Numbered from the stretch's first letter, positions 32,660 through 44,681 are shown. The stretch is DNA of 64,000 nucleotides from an uncultured Thermoleophilaceae bacterium (GCA_963771715.1 CAVYUQ010000018.1:60438-124437), one strand, 5' to 3'. Notes: a model not told the origin generated them from the sequence alone. Translations and numbers: made by a program.

Positions 32660-33620
32660 CAGCCGGCCCGCGGCTCCAGTCGATGCACGGCCGCGGCGAT
32701 CATCCGGATCGCCGGCTCCGCACGCGGGCGCGACCCGCCAGATGCCCTCCGCCAGCGCAAGGCCGGCCAGGAGGTCGATGACGTAGTGCTCGCCGAGATA
32801 CACCAGGCCGAACCCGAGCGTCAGCGCGTACGCCCAGCCCGCCGCCGCGTGGCCCCGCCCGACCTGCGAGAGGATCCGCGCTGCCATCACTGAGGTACCG
32901 AAGTGGAGGGAGGGCATGGCTGCAAAGGGGTTGCCTTGCAGCGAATGGTAAAGCGGGTGCCAGAGACGTCTCCAGAAGCGCTCGCCCGCCTCGGCCATGA
33001 TCCGCCGGACCGGCGGCATCTGCCCGTTCGCGCCCGCGTACCAGGGCGGCGCGGTCGGGACGAGCCAGTAGACGACGCAGCCGAGGTCGAAGCAGGCCGA
33101 CATCAGCACCGCCGAGCGGGGGAACAGGTCGCGGTGGCGCACGAGCATGTAGGCGAGCGTCCCGTGCGGGACGAGGAACCAGCTCCAGTGGACGGCCGAC
33201 AGCGCCGTACTCGAGCGCGCCCACGTGGCCCTCGCGGCCCGAGCGCGCGCTGGAGCCGGTGGTGGGGCAGGTCGCCGAGCCCGATCGCGCGGTCGCAGCG
33301 GATCGGATAGTTCGACCTTCAGCCGCGCCGAGCAGCGCGTCCGGGTCGTCGTCGGGCATGTCGAAGTGCGCGAAGTAGACCCACATCTGGAGGGCGTAGA
33401 TGCCCGCGTCGCGCACCGGGGTGCGTGGAGCGGCGAGCGCGAGCGCGGCGGGGGCGGGCCATGACAGCGCCGACACCGCCGCGGGCCGGAGCCGCAGCCG
33501 GTGCCGGACCAGGGGCGTGGCGACGCCCACCGCCACCGCGCCCCACGCGAGCGTTCGCAGGGCGCGAGTACTTCGCAAAGCCGCGCCAGCATAACCGCAA
33601 CCTCCGCTGCATCGACGGAG
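32659..33620 (-). pseudogene. PAP2-superfamily membrane phosphatase/phosphotransferase (PAP2_C type), at least 3 frameshifts; boundaries approximate
   Basis: HWSWFLVPHGTLAYMLV...VPTAPPWYA...FAAMPSLHFGTSVMAA...YLGEHYVIDLLAGLALA (ORF 31466..33697). The N-terminal part AVSALSWPAPAALALAAPRTPVRDAGIYALQMWVYFAHFDMPDDDPDALLG is in ORF 32700..33764. Confidence 0.6.
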
Positions 33621-33653
33621 GATCCGCGCGCGGCGGCGAAGAGCGGCGCAGAG

Positions 33654-34075
33654 ATGAACTTCAAGCGCCTCCTCATGGCTCGCGCGCTGTCTCGCATGCC
33701 TGCTCGCTGGCCGCGCCGGCCGCCGCCGGACGACGGTCGGCGGCGGTGCGGCCGCGCCCGCCACCGCGGACCCGGCGGCGAGCCGTCCGCCGCGGCCGAG
33801 CGCGCCCGTTCAGGCGGAGCCGGCGCCGGACGCCGAGCCCGCGCAGGACGCCCACGACGCCCGGAGGGCGAGGAGCAGCCGCCCGGCGAGGAGCAGCCCG
33901 ACGGCGAGCAGCCGCCACGGCGAGGAGGACGGCCAGGAGGACGCGCCGACCGGCGGCGGACGCCCGGCGGCGAGGCGGCGGCCGGCGACGCCTCCCGCGC
34001 ACCGGCCTCGAGCTCGCTGGCGCTGGCGATGATCGGTCTCGGCCTGCTGCTGGCCGGCGCCGCGCTCTGGCCTGA
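33654..34075 (+). pseudogene. possible small Pro/Glu/Ala-rich surface protein with an LPXTG-type sorting signal split across frames
   Basis: ATG at 33654 (MNFKRLLMA...). LPRTG at 33992-34006 (frame of ORF 33425..34075). The hydrophobic LALAMIGLGLLLAG is in the neighbouring frame (34017-34058). The basic tail RRRALA* is back in the first frame (stop 34073-34075). All frames are low-complexity. Confidence 0.25.
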
Positions 34076-34127
34076 CGAGCTCGTGGCCGCCGCCTCGAGA
34101 TCGCCTGAGCCGTTCGACGCCGCGCCG

Positions 34128-35127
34128 TTAGGCGGCCGCCTCCGGCCGGCGCGCGGGCACCGCCGCGAACTCGGTCGTCCCGTCGATCGGCCCCGGCATC
34201 AGCTCGTCCGCGGTCGGGATCTCGATGCCGAGCACCTTCATGCGGCGCTTCAGCGTGCGGTAGGCGAAGCCGTAGATCTGGCGCGAGGTGTAGCCGTAGG
34301 AGACGTATCCGAGGCGTCCGTCACGTAGGGCGGCGCGAACACGTAGGCCGCCTTCGGGGCGAGGTCCAGGACCACCCGCTCGACGGTCGCGCGGTGGCGC
34401 TCGTCCTCGCGGATCGCGTCGCGCAGGAAGCGCACGCCGAAGGCCACGTGGCGGTGCTCGTCGCGCTCCACGAGGCCGAAGCCCTCGCAGAAGCCCGGGT
34501 ACATCGCGTGCTCGAGCATGTAGTCGCGGATCAGCGTCTGCCCGGTCACCGCCAGGAAGCCCTCCACGACCATGTGGTAGGTCGTGATGCCCTCGACGAA
34601 CAGGTCGAGGTCGTCGGGCTTCGCCTGGATCCGCTTCGCCACGCCGCGCAGGCCGTCGTCGAAGACCTCGCGCCAGGGCGAGAGCAGGATCTCCTCCACC
34701 TCGCGCATGCGGCCGCGGAAGTCGTCCGCGGAGAGGCACATCACCTCGGCGCCGAAGCGGTCGAAGAAGGCGGCGTGGCGGGCCTCGTCGACGAGCTGGG
34801 TCGCGAGGAACAGCTCGATCTCCCCGGTGGGGGCGGCCTGCAGGAAGGGCGCGAGGTCGGCCGTCACGCGCTCCTCGCCCACGTAGAAGGAGCCGAGGCT
34901 CCAGATCGTGCTCTCCTGCGCCTCGCGCGGGCTCGTGACCCACTGCTCCCTGTCCACCGAGAAGTCGAGCTCCGTGGCCTTCCAGTTCTGGCGCTCCCAG
35001 AGCGCGTAGAGCTGGCGGTAGTCGAGCAGCCCGTCGCCGTCCCGGTCGCCGCCCGGTCGCGTAAGGCCGGCGCGCTCCTCCTGGAGCCGGCGCTGCCGGC
35101 CTCGCGCTCGAGCTCGGCGTCGTCCAT
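34128..35127 (-). pseudogene. R2-like (ribonucleotide reductase small-subunit fold) diiron oxidase, about 2 frameshifts; N-terminal boundary uncertain
   Basis: LDYRQLYALWERQNWKATELDFSVD...ATQLVDEARHAAFFDRF...EGFLAVTGQ...GLVERDEHRHVAFGVRFL (ORF 34250..35335). The C-terminus YGYTSRQIYGFAYRTLKRRMKVLGI... is in ORF 34128..34943. Confidence 0.7.
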
Positions 35128-35821
35128 GCCCTGGGCGCGGGCGATCCAGCGGCCGAGCAGCGTGACCGGGTGGATCTCGCCGTCGATCATGGTGAGCTGG
35201 TTCTGCATCGCGATCGACGGGCTGACCTGCCCCGAGGCGAGCTGCTGGTAGGTGTCGAACGAGACCGTCGCCGTGCCGTCGTCGCGGCCGTCGGGCGCCG
35301 TCGCGGCTCACCTCGAGCGGCTCGCCGTCGTTCACGCCTCACGTACCAGGTCCGCCGCCCTCGCCGCGTCACGACGTACGCACCGTGAAGTCGTGGCCCT
35401 TCGTCCACTCCGGGTCGATCATGTACGGCAGAGAGCGGTAGAGGACGTCGGGGTCGAGCGTGCCGCCGTTCTCGACGACCGCGGCCAGGTCCAGCCCGCC
35501 CTCCGACATCTGCCTCAGCTTCATGCGCCTTGCTTCGCTTGCCGCGGATGCGGAGCTTGCCGCGCAGCATCAGGCCCGAGCGGGCCCGAGGCACCCGTGG
35601 CGAGCTCGACGAGCGTTCGCGGGTCGGTGCTGAGGCGGAAGTCCGGCTTCGCCGTCGCCCACGTGTGTGCTCTACCGAACCCCTCGACCTCGAGCGCGTA
35701 CGTAGACGTCGCGGCCGCCGGCCGCGGGCAGCGTCATCAGGATCAGCCGCGCGGCGAGCTCCGGGTCGTCCGCCGCGATTCGCCGCAGAGCCGCCCGCTG
35801 GCGGTTGCTCGCCTTGCTCAC
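35128..35821 (-). pseudogene. SCP2 (sterol-carrier-like) domain protein, at least 3 frameshifts; may be continuous with the R2-like gene
   Basis: The GTG at 35821 overlaps the MBL gene TGA. My manual translation gives ...AADDPELAARLILMTLPAA... / LMLRGKLRIRGKRSKA / MKLRQMSEGGLDLAAVVENGGTLDPDVLYRSLPYMIDPEWTKGHDFTV / SFDTYQQLASGQVSPSIAMQNQLTMIDGEIHPVTLLGRWIARAQG, spread over three frames. Confidence 0.45.
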
Positions 35822-36467
35822 TGAGCCTTCTCCATGATCCGCACCTCCACGGGAGCGTTCTCGGCGAACGTGCGCGCGTCGTGCTCGGTGCCGATGTGCG
35901 AGCCCCAGTGCATCGGGACCGCCACGCGCGGCTGGATGCGGCGGGCCGCCTCGGCGGCCTCCTGCGCGGTCATCACGTAGACGCCGCTCACCGGCAGCAG
36001 CGCCACGTCGACCCCGGTGACGCTGTCCATCTCCGGAATCACGTCGGTGTCGCCGGAATGGTAAAGCCGCTCCCCGCGGACGTTGAGCTCGTAGCCCACC
36101 CATCCCGCATCACGCGGATGAAAGGGCTTGCCGTCGGCGTCGCGCTTCGAAGTGTTGTAGGCCGCGACGGCGCGACGTGGACGCCGCGCACGAGCTCGTC
36201 GTCGAGCATCTCGCCCGGGCCGATCCGGTGGACCTGGCCGCTCACGCGCTCGGCCACCGCCGCCGGGCCGACGAGCCAGGTCTCGCGCTTCGAGAGCCGC
36301 TCGACGTCCTGCGGCGAGAAGTGGTCGTAGTGGCCGTGGGTGACGAGGATCAGGTCGGCCGGCGGGGCGTCCTCGGCGACGCGGTAGGGGTCGATGTAGA
36401 CGAAGGCGCGGCCGACGGCGACCCGGAAGCCCGAGTGGCCGAGCCATTCGAGGGCGTCGAGGAGCAT
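35818..36467 (-). pseudogene. MBL-fold metallo-hydrolase (UPF0173-like), one frameshift near 36170
   Basis: MLLDALEWLGHSGFRVAVGRAFVYIDPY...DLILVTHGHYDHFSPQDV (ORF 36039..36467). Then GERLYHSGDTDVIPEM...ALLPVSGVYVMTAQEAAEAARRIQPRVAVPMHWG (ORF 35818..36447). Confidence 0.8.
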
Positions 36468-36507
36468 GCGGCGAAGGTTGGCAGGTCCGTGCGGAGCGCC
36501 TCCTCAG

Positions 36508-36600
36508 GCGAACGACGGCATTGAAGGGGGGTCCGACGTCAGTTAGACCGCGTATACGCGGTCAAATCGACGGAAGACCCCCCTTTACGCCGTCGTTCGC
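36508..36600 (+). repeat. nested-palindrome intergenic element, copy A (93 nt)
   Basis: Perfect 12-nt terminal inverted repeats GCGAACGACGGC (36508-36519) / GCCGTCGTTCGC (36589-36600). Inner clamp GGGGGGTC (36526-36533) / GACCCCCC (36576-36583). Central perfect 18-nt palindrome GACCGCGTATACGCGGTC (36546-36563). It resembles copy B at 44682-44784. Confidence 0.75.
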
Positions 36601-36616
36601 CCCGAAAGCGCGGCCC

Positions 36617-39023
36617 TCAGGCCTCCGCCGGCCACCCGGTCCGGCGCCAGAGCTCCGCGACATCCGCACCGCCGTCCCGCTGCCTTCGTGCGTCAGCTCG
36701 ACGGAGTCCATGAGCGCCTGCATCAGCGGCAGGCCGTTGCCCGCGGTAGCGCGGCGGGCCGTCCGGGCGCTCGATCCAGTGGCCCTCGTCGCGCACCGTC
36801 AGGACCACGCGCCCCTCGTCGCAGCTCGGCGTCGACCCACAGCCGCCCGGCCCGAACGAGTAGCCGTGCTCGATCGAGTTGGAGCAGGCCTCGTGGCAGG
36901 CGATCTGGATCGACCTCGACCGCCTCGCCCGCGGCGCCGGCGTCGCGGAGCCAGCGGCCCAGCTCGCGCCGCATCTGGCCGAGCTCGGTCGGGGTCCGAG
37001 CGGCAGCTCGAGGTGCAGCGGCGGCGGCGCGGTCGGGAGCGCGCGCAGCGCCAGCACGCGCGATGTCGTCGTTCGCCGGGTGGATCGCGAGCATCGCGTC
37101 CACCAGCCGGTCGCAGAGCTCGTCCGGGTGGCACGGGATCCTGCGAGGCCGCCACCCGCAGCGCCTCGAGGCCCACGTCGATCGAGACGCCGCGCTGCTC
37201 GACGAGGCCGTCCGTGTAGAGGACCAGCGTCGAACCCGGCTCGAGCTCGATGTCGACCTCGCTGTGCGCTCGGGCTCTCGAACACGCCGAGCGGCGGGTT
37301 CGGGGCGCCCTCGAGGTAGCCGGCCTCGCCGTCCGGGCTGATCACGAGCGGCGGCACGTGGCCGGCGCTCGCGAGCGCGCGGTGGAGCGGTCGGGCTCGA
37401 CCACCAGATACAGCAGCGTCGCCATCTGGCCGCCCTCGAGGCTGCGCACGAGCCGGTCGAGCCGGTCGAGCACGCCCGCGGGCGGGTGCCCCTCGAGCGC
37501 GTAGGCGCGCATCGCGTGGCGCAGCTGCCCCATCAGCGCGGCCGCGCCGATGCCCGTGCCCGACCACGTCGCCCATCGCCACGCCGAGGCGGCCGCCCTC
37601 GAGCTGGAGCGCGTCGTACCAGTCGCCGCCCACGTCGGCGCCACCCGGCATGTAGCGGGCGGCCACCTGGACGCCCTCGAGCTGCGGCAGCCGGTCGGGC
37701 AGCAGGCTGCGCTGGAGCGTCTCGACGTTCGACAGCTCGCGCTCGTACGCGCGCGCGTGCTCGATCGCGAGGCCGGCGCGGTCGGCCATCAGGATCAGGA
37801 GGCTCTCCTCCTCGAGCGTGAAGCGGCGCGCCGCGCGCGCGCCGACCTCCACCGCCCCGGCGAGCCGGCCCCTGACCATCAGCGGCGCGGCCATGACCGA
37901 GCGAGACGCCCGCGGCCTCCGAGCGCCGGATCGAGGCCGGCGCCGCGAGAAGTCGGCGATCGTGACGGGCCGGCTGCGCTCGACGACCTCCGCGAGCGCG
38001 CTCGGCGAGCGCCACCGGCGTCGCCGGCCTCGAGCCTCGAAGCCGCGCGGCCGCGCCCACGGTGAGCCGCTGCGTCGTCCTCGCTGCGTCGCGCAGCAGG
38101 ATGCGCGACGGCGTCCGCCCCGAAGACCTCGCGGACGCGCTCGACGAGCACGCTGGAGCAGCTCGTCCAGCTCGAGGTGCCCGAGCGCCGCCTCGGTTAC
38201 CTGCTGCAGCTTCGCGATCGTCTGGACCACGGCCTCCGCCTCGGCGCGCGCGGCGCGCTCCGCCTCGGCGCGGCGCTGCTCGGTCACGTCGACGACCTGC
38301 CAGATGTAGCCCTGCGGGCGGTCGTGGCTGTCGGCGGTGAGCGAGACGCTCACGATCGCGTGCACGAGCTCGCCGTCGTTGCGCATGAAGCGCTTCTCCG
38401 ACTGGTGCGAAGAGCGGGCGGTCGTGGAGCGAGCCGCGCGCACGGCGTCGCGCTCGCGTCTCGCGGTCGTCCGGGTGCACGAGGTCCCAGAGCGGCTGCG
38501 CGGAGCAGCTGCGTCTGCGAGCGGCCGAGCAGCTCGCAGAGCGCGTCGTTGACCTCGAGCCAGCGCCCGTGGACCGTGCTCAGCCCCATCCCGATCGGGG
38601 CGCCCTCGAAGGCGGCCCGGAAGCGCTCCTCGGACTCGCGCAGCTCGGCGCTCTTCTGCTGCGAGCTCGAGCAGCATCGCCACCTTGGAGCGCAGCATGT
38701 CGGGGTCGACCGGCTTGAGCATGTAGTCGACGGCGCCGGCCGAGTAGCCGCGCGTGATCTGCTCGGTGTCGGCGTCGCCGGCGGTGAGGAAGATGACCGC
38801 GGTGTCCTCGTGGCGGTCGCGGCGCTTGATCAGCTCGACGGTCTGGAAGCCGTCGAGCCCGGGCATGCGCACGTCCATCACGATCACGCCGAAGTCGTCG
38901 TGGAGCAGCCGCTGGAGCGCCTCCTCGCCGGACGGCGCGGTGACCACCTCGCGGCCGAGCGGCTCCAGCACGGTGCGAGCGCCACCAGGCTCTCCGGCTG
39001 GTCGTCGACGACGAGTATGGCGC
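36617..39023 (-). pseudogene. REC-PAS-GAF-PP2C(SpoIIE)-RsbW-like HATPase multidomain regulator (OsaC-like output protein), at least 10 frameshifts; start codon unresolved
   Basis: REC: [15 protein letters not shown] / [50 protein letters not shown]...YMLKPVDPDMLRSKV. PAS: SEERFRAAFEGAPIGMGLSTVHGRWLEVNDALCELLG...EKRFMRNDGELVHAIVSVSL. GAF fragments. PP2C: SLLPDRLPQLEGVQVAARYMPGGADVGGDWYDAL...GVAMGDVVGHG...ASAGHVPPLV. HATPase N-box: IQIACHEACSNSIEHGY...VVLTVRDEG. The pieces are spread over all three minus frames. Confidence 0.8.
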
Positions 39024-39026
39024 CGC

Positions 39027-40186
<1,160 letters not shown>

Positions 40187-40199
<13 letters not shown>

Positions 40200-43100
40200 C
40201 CGCTCGCCGGCGGGCAGGTCGGCGCGGTCGTCCGTGAGCGGCTCGGGCAGCGCGGCGCTCTCGGCGCGCCGCCGCGACCTTGTGGCCGCCAGCTGACGGC
40301 GGGACGGTCCCCTCGAGCGCCTGCGTCGGGCGGCGCCGGCGCGGTGCTCGGCAGGAAGAGCGTGAACGCCGAGCCCTCGCCCTCGGTGCTGTCCACATGG
40401 ATCTCGCCGCCCAGCAGGCGCGCGATCTCGCGGCTGATCGAGAGTCCGAGCCCGGTGCCGCCGAAGCGGCGGCTGATCGAGCCCTCCGCCTGCTGGAACG
40501 CCTCGAAGATCAGGCGCAGCTTGTCGGGCGGGATGCCGATGCCGGTGTCGATCACGGAGAACGCAACGACGCTCTCTGAGCGGGCGAGCGCGTCGGTGCC
40601 GAAATGCGCGTCCGGCGCCGGGCGTCCGATCTTGAGCCGGACGGAGCCCGAGTCGGTGAACTTGAACGCGTTCGAGAGCAGGTTCTTCAGCACCTGCTGG
40701 AGGCGCTGCTCGTCGGTCGAGATCTGCTCCGGCGCGTCGGGCGCCAGGACGATCGAGAAGTCGAGGCCCTTCTCGTCCGCGATCGGCGAGAACGAGCGCT
40801 CCACGAACTCGCGCACCGACCTCAGCTCGGTGCGGCCGGCGTGCACGTCCATCTTCCCGGCCTCGACCTTGGACAGGTCGAGGATGTCGTTGATCAGGGC
40901 GAGCAGGTCCGAGCCCGCGTTGTGGATCGTCGCGGACGCGTCGACCTGCTTCGCGGTGAGGTTCCCCGTCTCGTTCGCCGACAGCACCTTGGAGAGGATC
41001 AGCAGCGAGTTCAGCGGCGTGCGCAGCTCGTGCGACATGTTCGCGAGGAACTCGGACTTGTACTTCGAGCTCAGCGCGAGCTGCTCCGCCTTCTCCTCCA
41101 GTGAGCTGCGGGCCAGCTCGATCTCGCGGTTCTTGATCTCGATGTCGCGGTTCTGGCGCTCGAGCTGCTCAGCCTTCTCCTGGAGCTCCTCGTTCGTCGC
41201 CTGCAGCTCCATCTGCTGGCGCTGGAGCGCCTCGGACTGCTCCTGTAGCTCCTGCGACTGGGACTGGGACTGCTGGAGCAGCTCCTCGGTCCGGACGTTC
41301 GCGGTGATCGTGGCGAGCACGACGCCGATCGTCTCCGTCAGCTGGTCGAGGAACTGGAGGATGATCTCGCTGAACGGCGTGAACGACGCCAGCTCGATCA
41401 CGGCCAGCACCTGCTCCTCGAAGAGCACCGGGATGACGATGATGTCGCGCGGCGCCGAGCTGCCGAGGCCCGACCCGATCTGCGCGTAGTCCGCCGGCGG
41501 GTCGGCGATCCGGATCGGCTTCTTCTCGTGGGCGGCCTGGCCGACCAGGCCGTCGCCGGGGGCGAAGCGCGGCGTGAGGGCGTCCTTCTTCGTGTAGCCG
41601 TAGCTCGCGAGCAGCATCAGGTCGTAGCCGGCCCCGTGCTCGTCGTGGTCGGCGAAGAAGAACGCGCCGTGCTGGGCGCCGACCGCCGGCGACAGCTCGG
41701 ACATGATCAGCTGCGAGACCGTCTCGAGGTTGCGCTGGCCCTGCATCAGGCCCGAGATCCGCGCGAGGTTCGTCTTCAGCCAGTCCTGCTCCTCGTTCTG
41801 GCGGGTCGTCTCGCGCAGGTTGGCGATCATCTGGTTGATGTTGTCCGAGAGGTCCGCGACCTCTCCGCTCGCCTCCACCTCGATCGCCCGCGTCAGGTCG
41901 CCCTGGGTCACCGCGGTGGACACCTCGGCGATCGCGCGCACCTGAGTCGTCAGGTTCGACGCGAGCTGGTTCACGTTCTCCGTGAGCCCGCGCCAGGTGC
42001 CGGACACGCCCTCGACCTGCGCCTGGCCGCCGAGCTTGCCCTCGGTGCCGACCTCCTTGGCCACTCGCGTGACCTCGTCGGCGAACGAGGACAGCTGGTC
42101 GACCATCGTGTTGAGCGTGTCCTTCAGCTCCAGGATCTCGCCCTTGGCGTCGACCGTGATCTTCTGGGTGAGGTCGCCGCGCGCCACGGCCTGTGCGACC
42201 TGGGAGATGTTGCGGACCTGGTCGGTCAGGTTCGAGGCCATGAAGTTCACCGACTCGGTGAGCCCGCGCCACGTGCCCGAGACGCCGGCCACCTCGGCCT
42301 GGCCGCCGAGCTTGCCCTCGGTGCCGACCTCCTTGGCCACTCGCGTGACCTCCGCGGCGAACGAGTTGAGCTGGTCGACCATCGTGTTGATGGTCTCCTT
42401 CAGCTCCGCGATCTCGCCCTTGGCGTCGACGGTGATCTTCTTCGACAGGTCGCCGTTCGCCACGGCCGTCGTGACCTGAGCGATCGAGCGCACCTGGTCG
42501 GTCAGGTTCGAGGCCATGAAGTTCACCGACTCGGTGAGGCTGCGCCACGTACCGGCCACGTCCTCGACCTCGGCCTGGCCGCCGAGCTTGCCGTCCGTGC
42601 CGACCTCCTTGGACACGCGCGTGACCTCGGCCGCGAACGAGTTGAGCTGGTCGACCATCGTGTTGACGGTGTTCTTCAGCTCGAGGATCTCGCCCTTGGC
42701 GTCGACGGTGATCTTCTTCGACAGGTCGCCGTTCGCCACCGCGGTCGTGACCTCGGCGATGTTGCGGACCTGATCGGTCAGGTTCGAGGCCATCGAGTTC
42801 ACGTTCTCCGTGAGTCCGCGCCAGGTGCCGGACACGTCCTCGACCTCGGCCTGGCCGCCGAGCTTGCCCTCGGTTCCCACCTCGCGCGCCACGCGCGTGA
42901 CCTCGGCAGCGAACGAGCGCAGCCGGTCGACCATCTTGTTGATCGTGTCCGCCAGCGCGGCCACCTCGCCCTTGGCCTCGACGGAGATCTTCTGCGAGAG
43001 GTCGCCGTCGGCGACCGCCGTCGAGACCTGCGCGATCGAGCGCACCTGGTCGGTCAGGTTGGAGGCCATGAAGTTCACCGACTCGGTCAGGTCGCGCCAC

Positions 43101-44566
43101 GTTCCGGAGACGCCCTTCACCTCCGCCTGGCCGCCGAGGATGCCCTCGGTGCCGACCTCGCGCGCCACGCGCGTGACCTCGTCCGCAAACGAGGAGAGCT
43201 GGTCGACCATGGTGTTCACGGTCTCCTTCAGCTCCGCGATCTCGCCCTGCACGTCCACGGTCACCTTCTGCGAGAGGTCGCCCTCGGCCACCGCGGTCGT
43301 CACCTGGGCGATGTCGCGCACCTGGCTCGTGAGGTTCGAGGCCATCAGGTTCACGGAGTCCGTCAGGTCCTTCCAGGTGCCCGCCACGTTCGGGACCTCC
43401 GCCTGGCCGCCGAGCTTGCCCTCCGTTCCGACCTCGCGCGCGACGCGCGTGACCTCGTCGGCGAACGACGAGAGCTGGTCGACCATCGTGTTCGTCGTGA
43501 CCTTGAGCTCGAGGATCTCGCCCTTCACGTCCACGGTGATCCGCTGCGTCAGGTCGCCGCCGGCCACCGCCGTCATGACCTGGGCGATGTTGCGGACCTG
43601 GCTCGTGAGGTTCGAGGCCATTCCGTTCACCGAATCCGTGAGGTCCTTCCACGTGCCCGAGACGTTCGGCACCTCGGCCTGGCCGCCGAGCTGGCCCTCG
43701 GTTCCGACCTCGCGCGCGACGCTCGTGACCTGCTCGGCGAAGATCGCGAGCGTGTCGGTCATCTCGTTCATCGTGTCGGCCAGCTCGGCGACCTCGCCCT
43801 TGGCCTCCACGGTGATCTTCTGGCTCAGGTCGCCGCGCGCGACGGCCTGCGCGACGTGCGAGATGTTCCTCACCTGGTCGGTGAGGTTGGACGCCATGCC
43901 GTTCACCGACTCCGTGAGCGCGCGCCAGGTCCCCGACACGCCCTTCACCTCGGCCTGGCCGCCGAGCTTGCCCTCGGTGCCCACCTCGCGCGCCACGCGC
44001 GTGACCTCGTCCGCGAACGACGAGAGCTGGTCGACCATCGTGTTCACGGTGGTGCCGATCCGGAGGAACTCGCCCTTCACCGGCTGGCCTTCGATGGTGA
44101 GAGCCATCTTGCGGTCGAGGTCGCCGTCGGCGACCGCGTCGAGCACCGACGCAACCTCGGTGGTCGGGCGCACGAGGTCGTCGATGAGCGCGTTCAGCGA
44201 CTCGACGCTCGAGTTCCAGCCGCCGCCCGCGGAGCCGAGCGACGCGCGCTGGTCCATCCGTCCCTCGCGGCCGATCACGCGGCGCATGCGGCCGAGCTCC
44301 TTCTCCATGCTCCCGTTCATCGCGACGAGGTCGTTGTAGGCGGCCGCGATCTCGCCGAGCAGGCCGCGGCGGCGCCGCGAGAGGCGCCGCGAGAAGTCGC
44401 CGTCGCGCGCGGCGACCAGGGCGTCGAGGATCTCCTCGAGCACGGCCGGCTCGGTGCCGGCGCCGTTCCCGGCAGAGGGCTGTTCGGTGGCGGTTCGGCC
44501 GGCCCCATTCGCCTTGCCGGGCGTCGAGCGCCTCGTGGCGGACCCTTCGGTCTTGGTACCGGCCAA
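40187..44566 (-). CDS. soluble poly-HAMP / GAF / coiled-coil / HisKA-HATPase sensor histidine kinase (OsaA-like); the true 3' end is probably further downstream
   Basis: The start is proposed at TTG 44566, preceded by GGAGGAAGG; the upstream part of ORF 40187..45523 is antisense to the enoyl-CoA hydratase gene. Eight 92-aa double-HAMP units (FA.EVTRVA.EVGTEG.LGGQA.V..V.GTW..LT.SVN.MASNLT.QVR.I..V..AVA.GDL..KI.V...GE) have extra HAMPs at both ends. GAF (...[14 protein letters not shown]...[19 protein letters not shown]). A Q/E-rich coiled coil. H-box [15 protein letters not shown]; G2 [14 protein letters not shown]. There are no TM segments. The frame is intact for 4.38 kb. Confidence 0.9.
41826..44032. 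repeat. eight tandem ~276-bp coding repeats (double-HAMP units)
   Basis: The period is visible at the DNA level, e.g. GGTCGGTCAGGTTCGAGGCCATGAAGTTCACCGACTCGGTGAG recurs. Boundaries are calculated from the protein repeat positions. Confidence 0.8.
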
Positions 44567-44681
44567 CCTTCCTCCTCGGACCAGTGCTGCGTTTGAAGCC
44601 CAGGGGCCAGCTGGGCCGATGGTTTTCGGCGCCTGGAAGGAAACCACCGTCTTGCATAACGCGCAAGCGCGTGGTGGACAG

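Noticed and set aside
36521-37219. A 232-aa plus-strand ORF that starts inside repeat copy A.
   Set aside because: It is Arg/Pro/Ala-rich, has no motifs and is antisense to the PP2C/HATPase gene. Its first codons are part of the palindromic repeat.
41826-44032. Regular DNA repeats that could be mistaken for a CRISPR array.
   Set aside because: The period is about 276 bp with no unique spacers. The repeats are contiguous coding units of one ORF, and no cas genes are present.
41169-44666. Giant ORFs overlapping the kinase gene: the 1165-aa minus-strand ORF in another frame, and the 1022-aa plus-strand ORF 41528..44596.
   Set aside because: They are Arg/Gly/Asp/His-rich, low-complexity and periodic, which is what shadow frames of a GC-rich tandem repeat look like. 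The kinase frame carries all the recognisable HAMP/GAF/HisKA/HATPase motifs.
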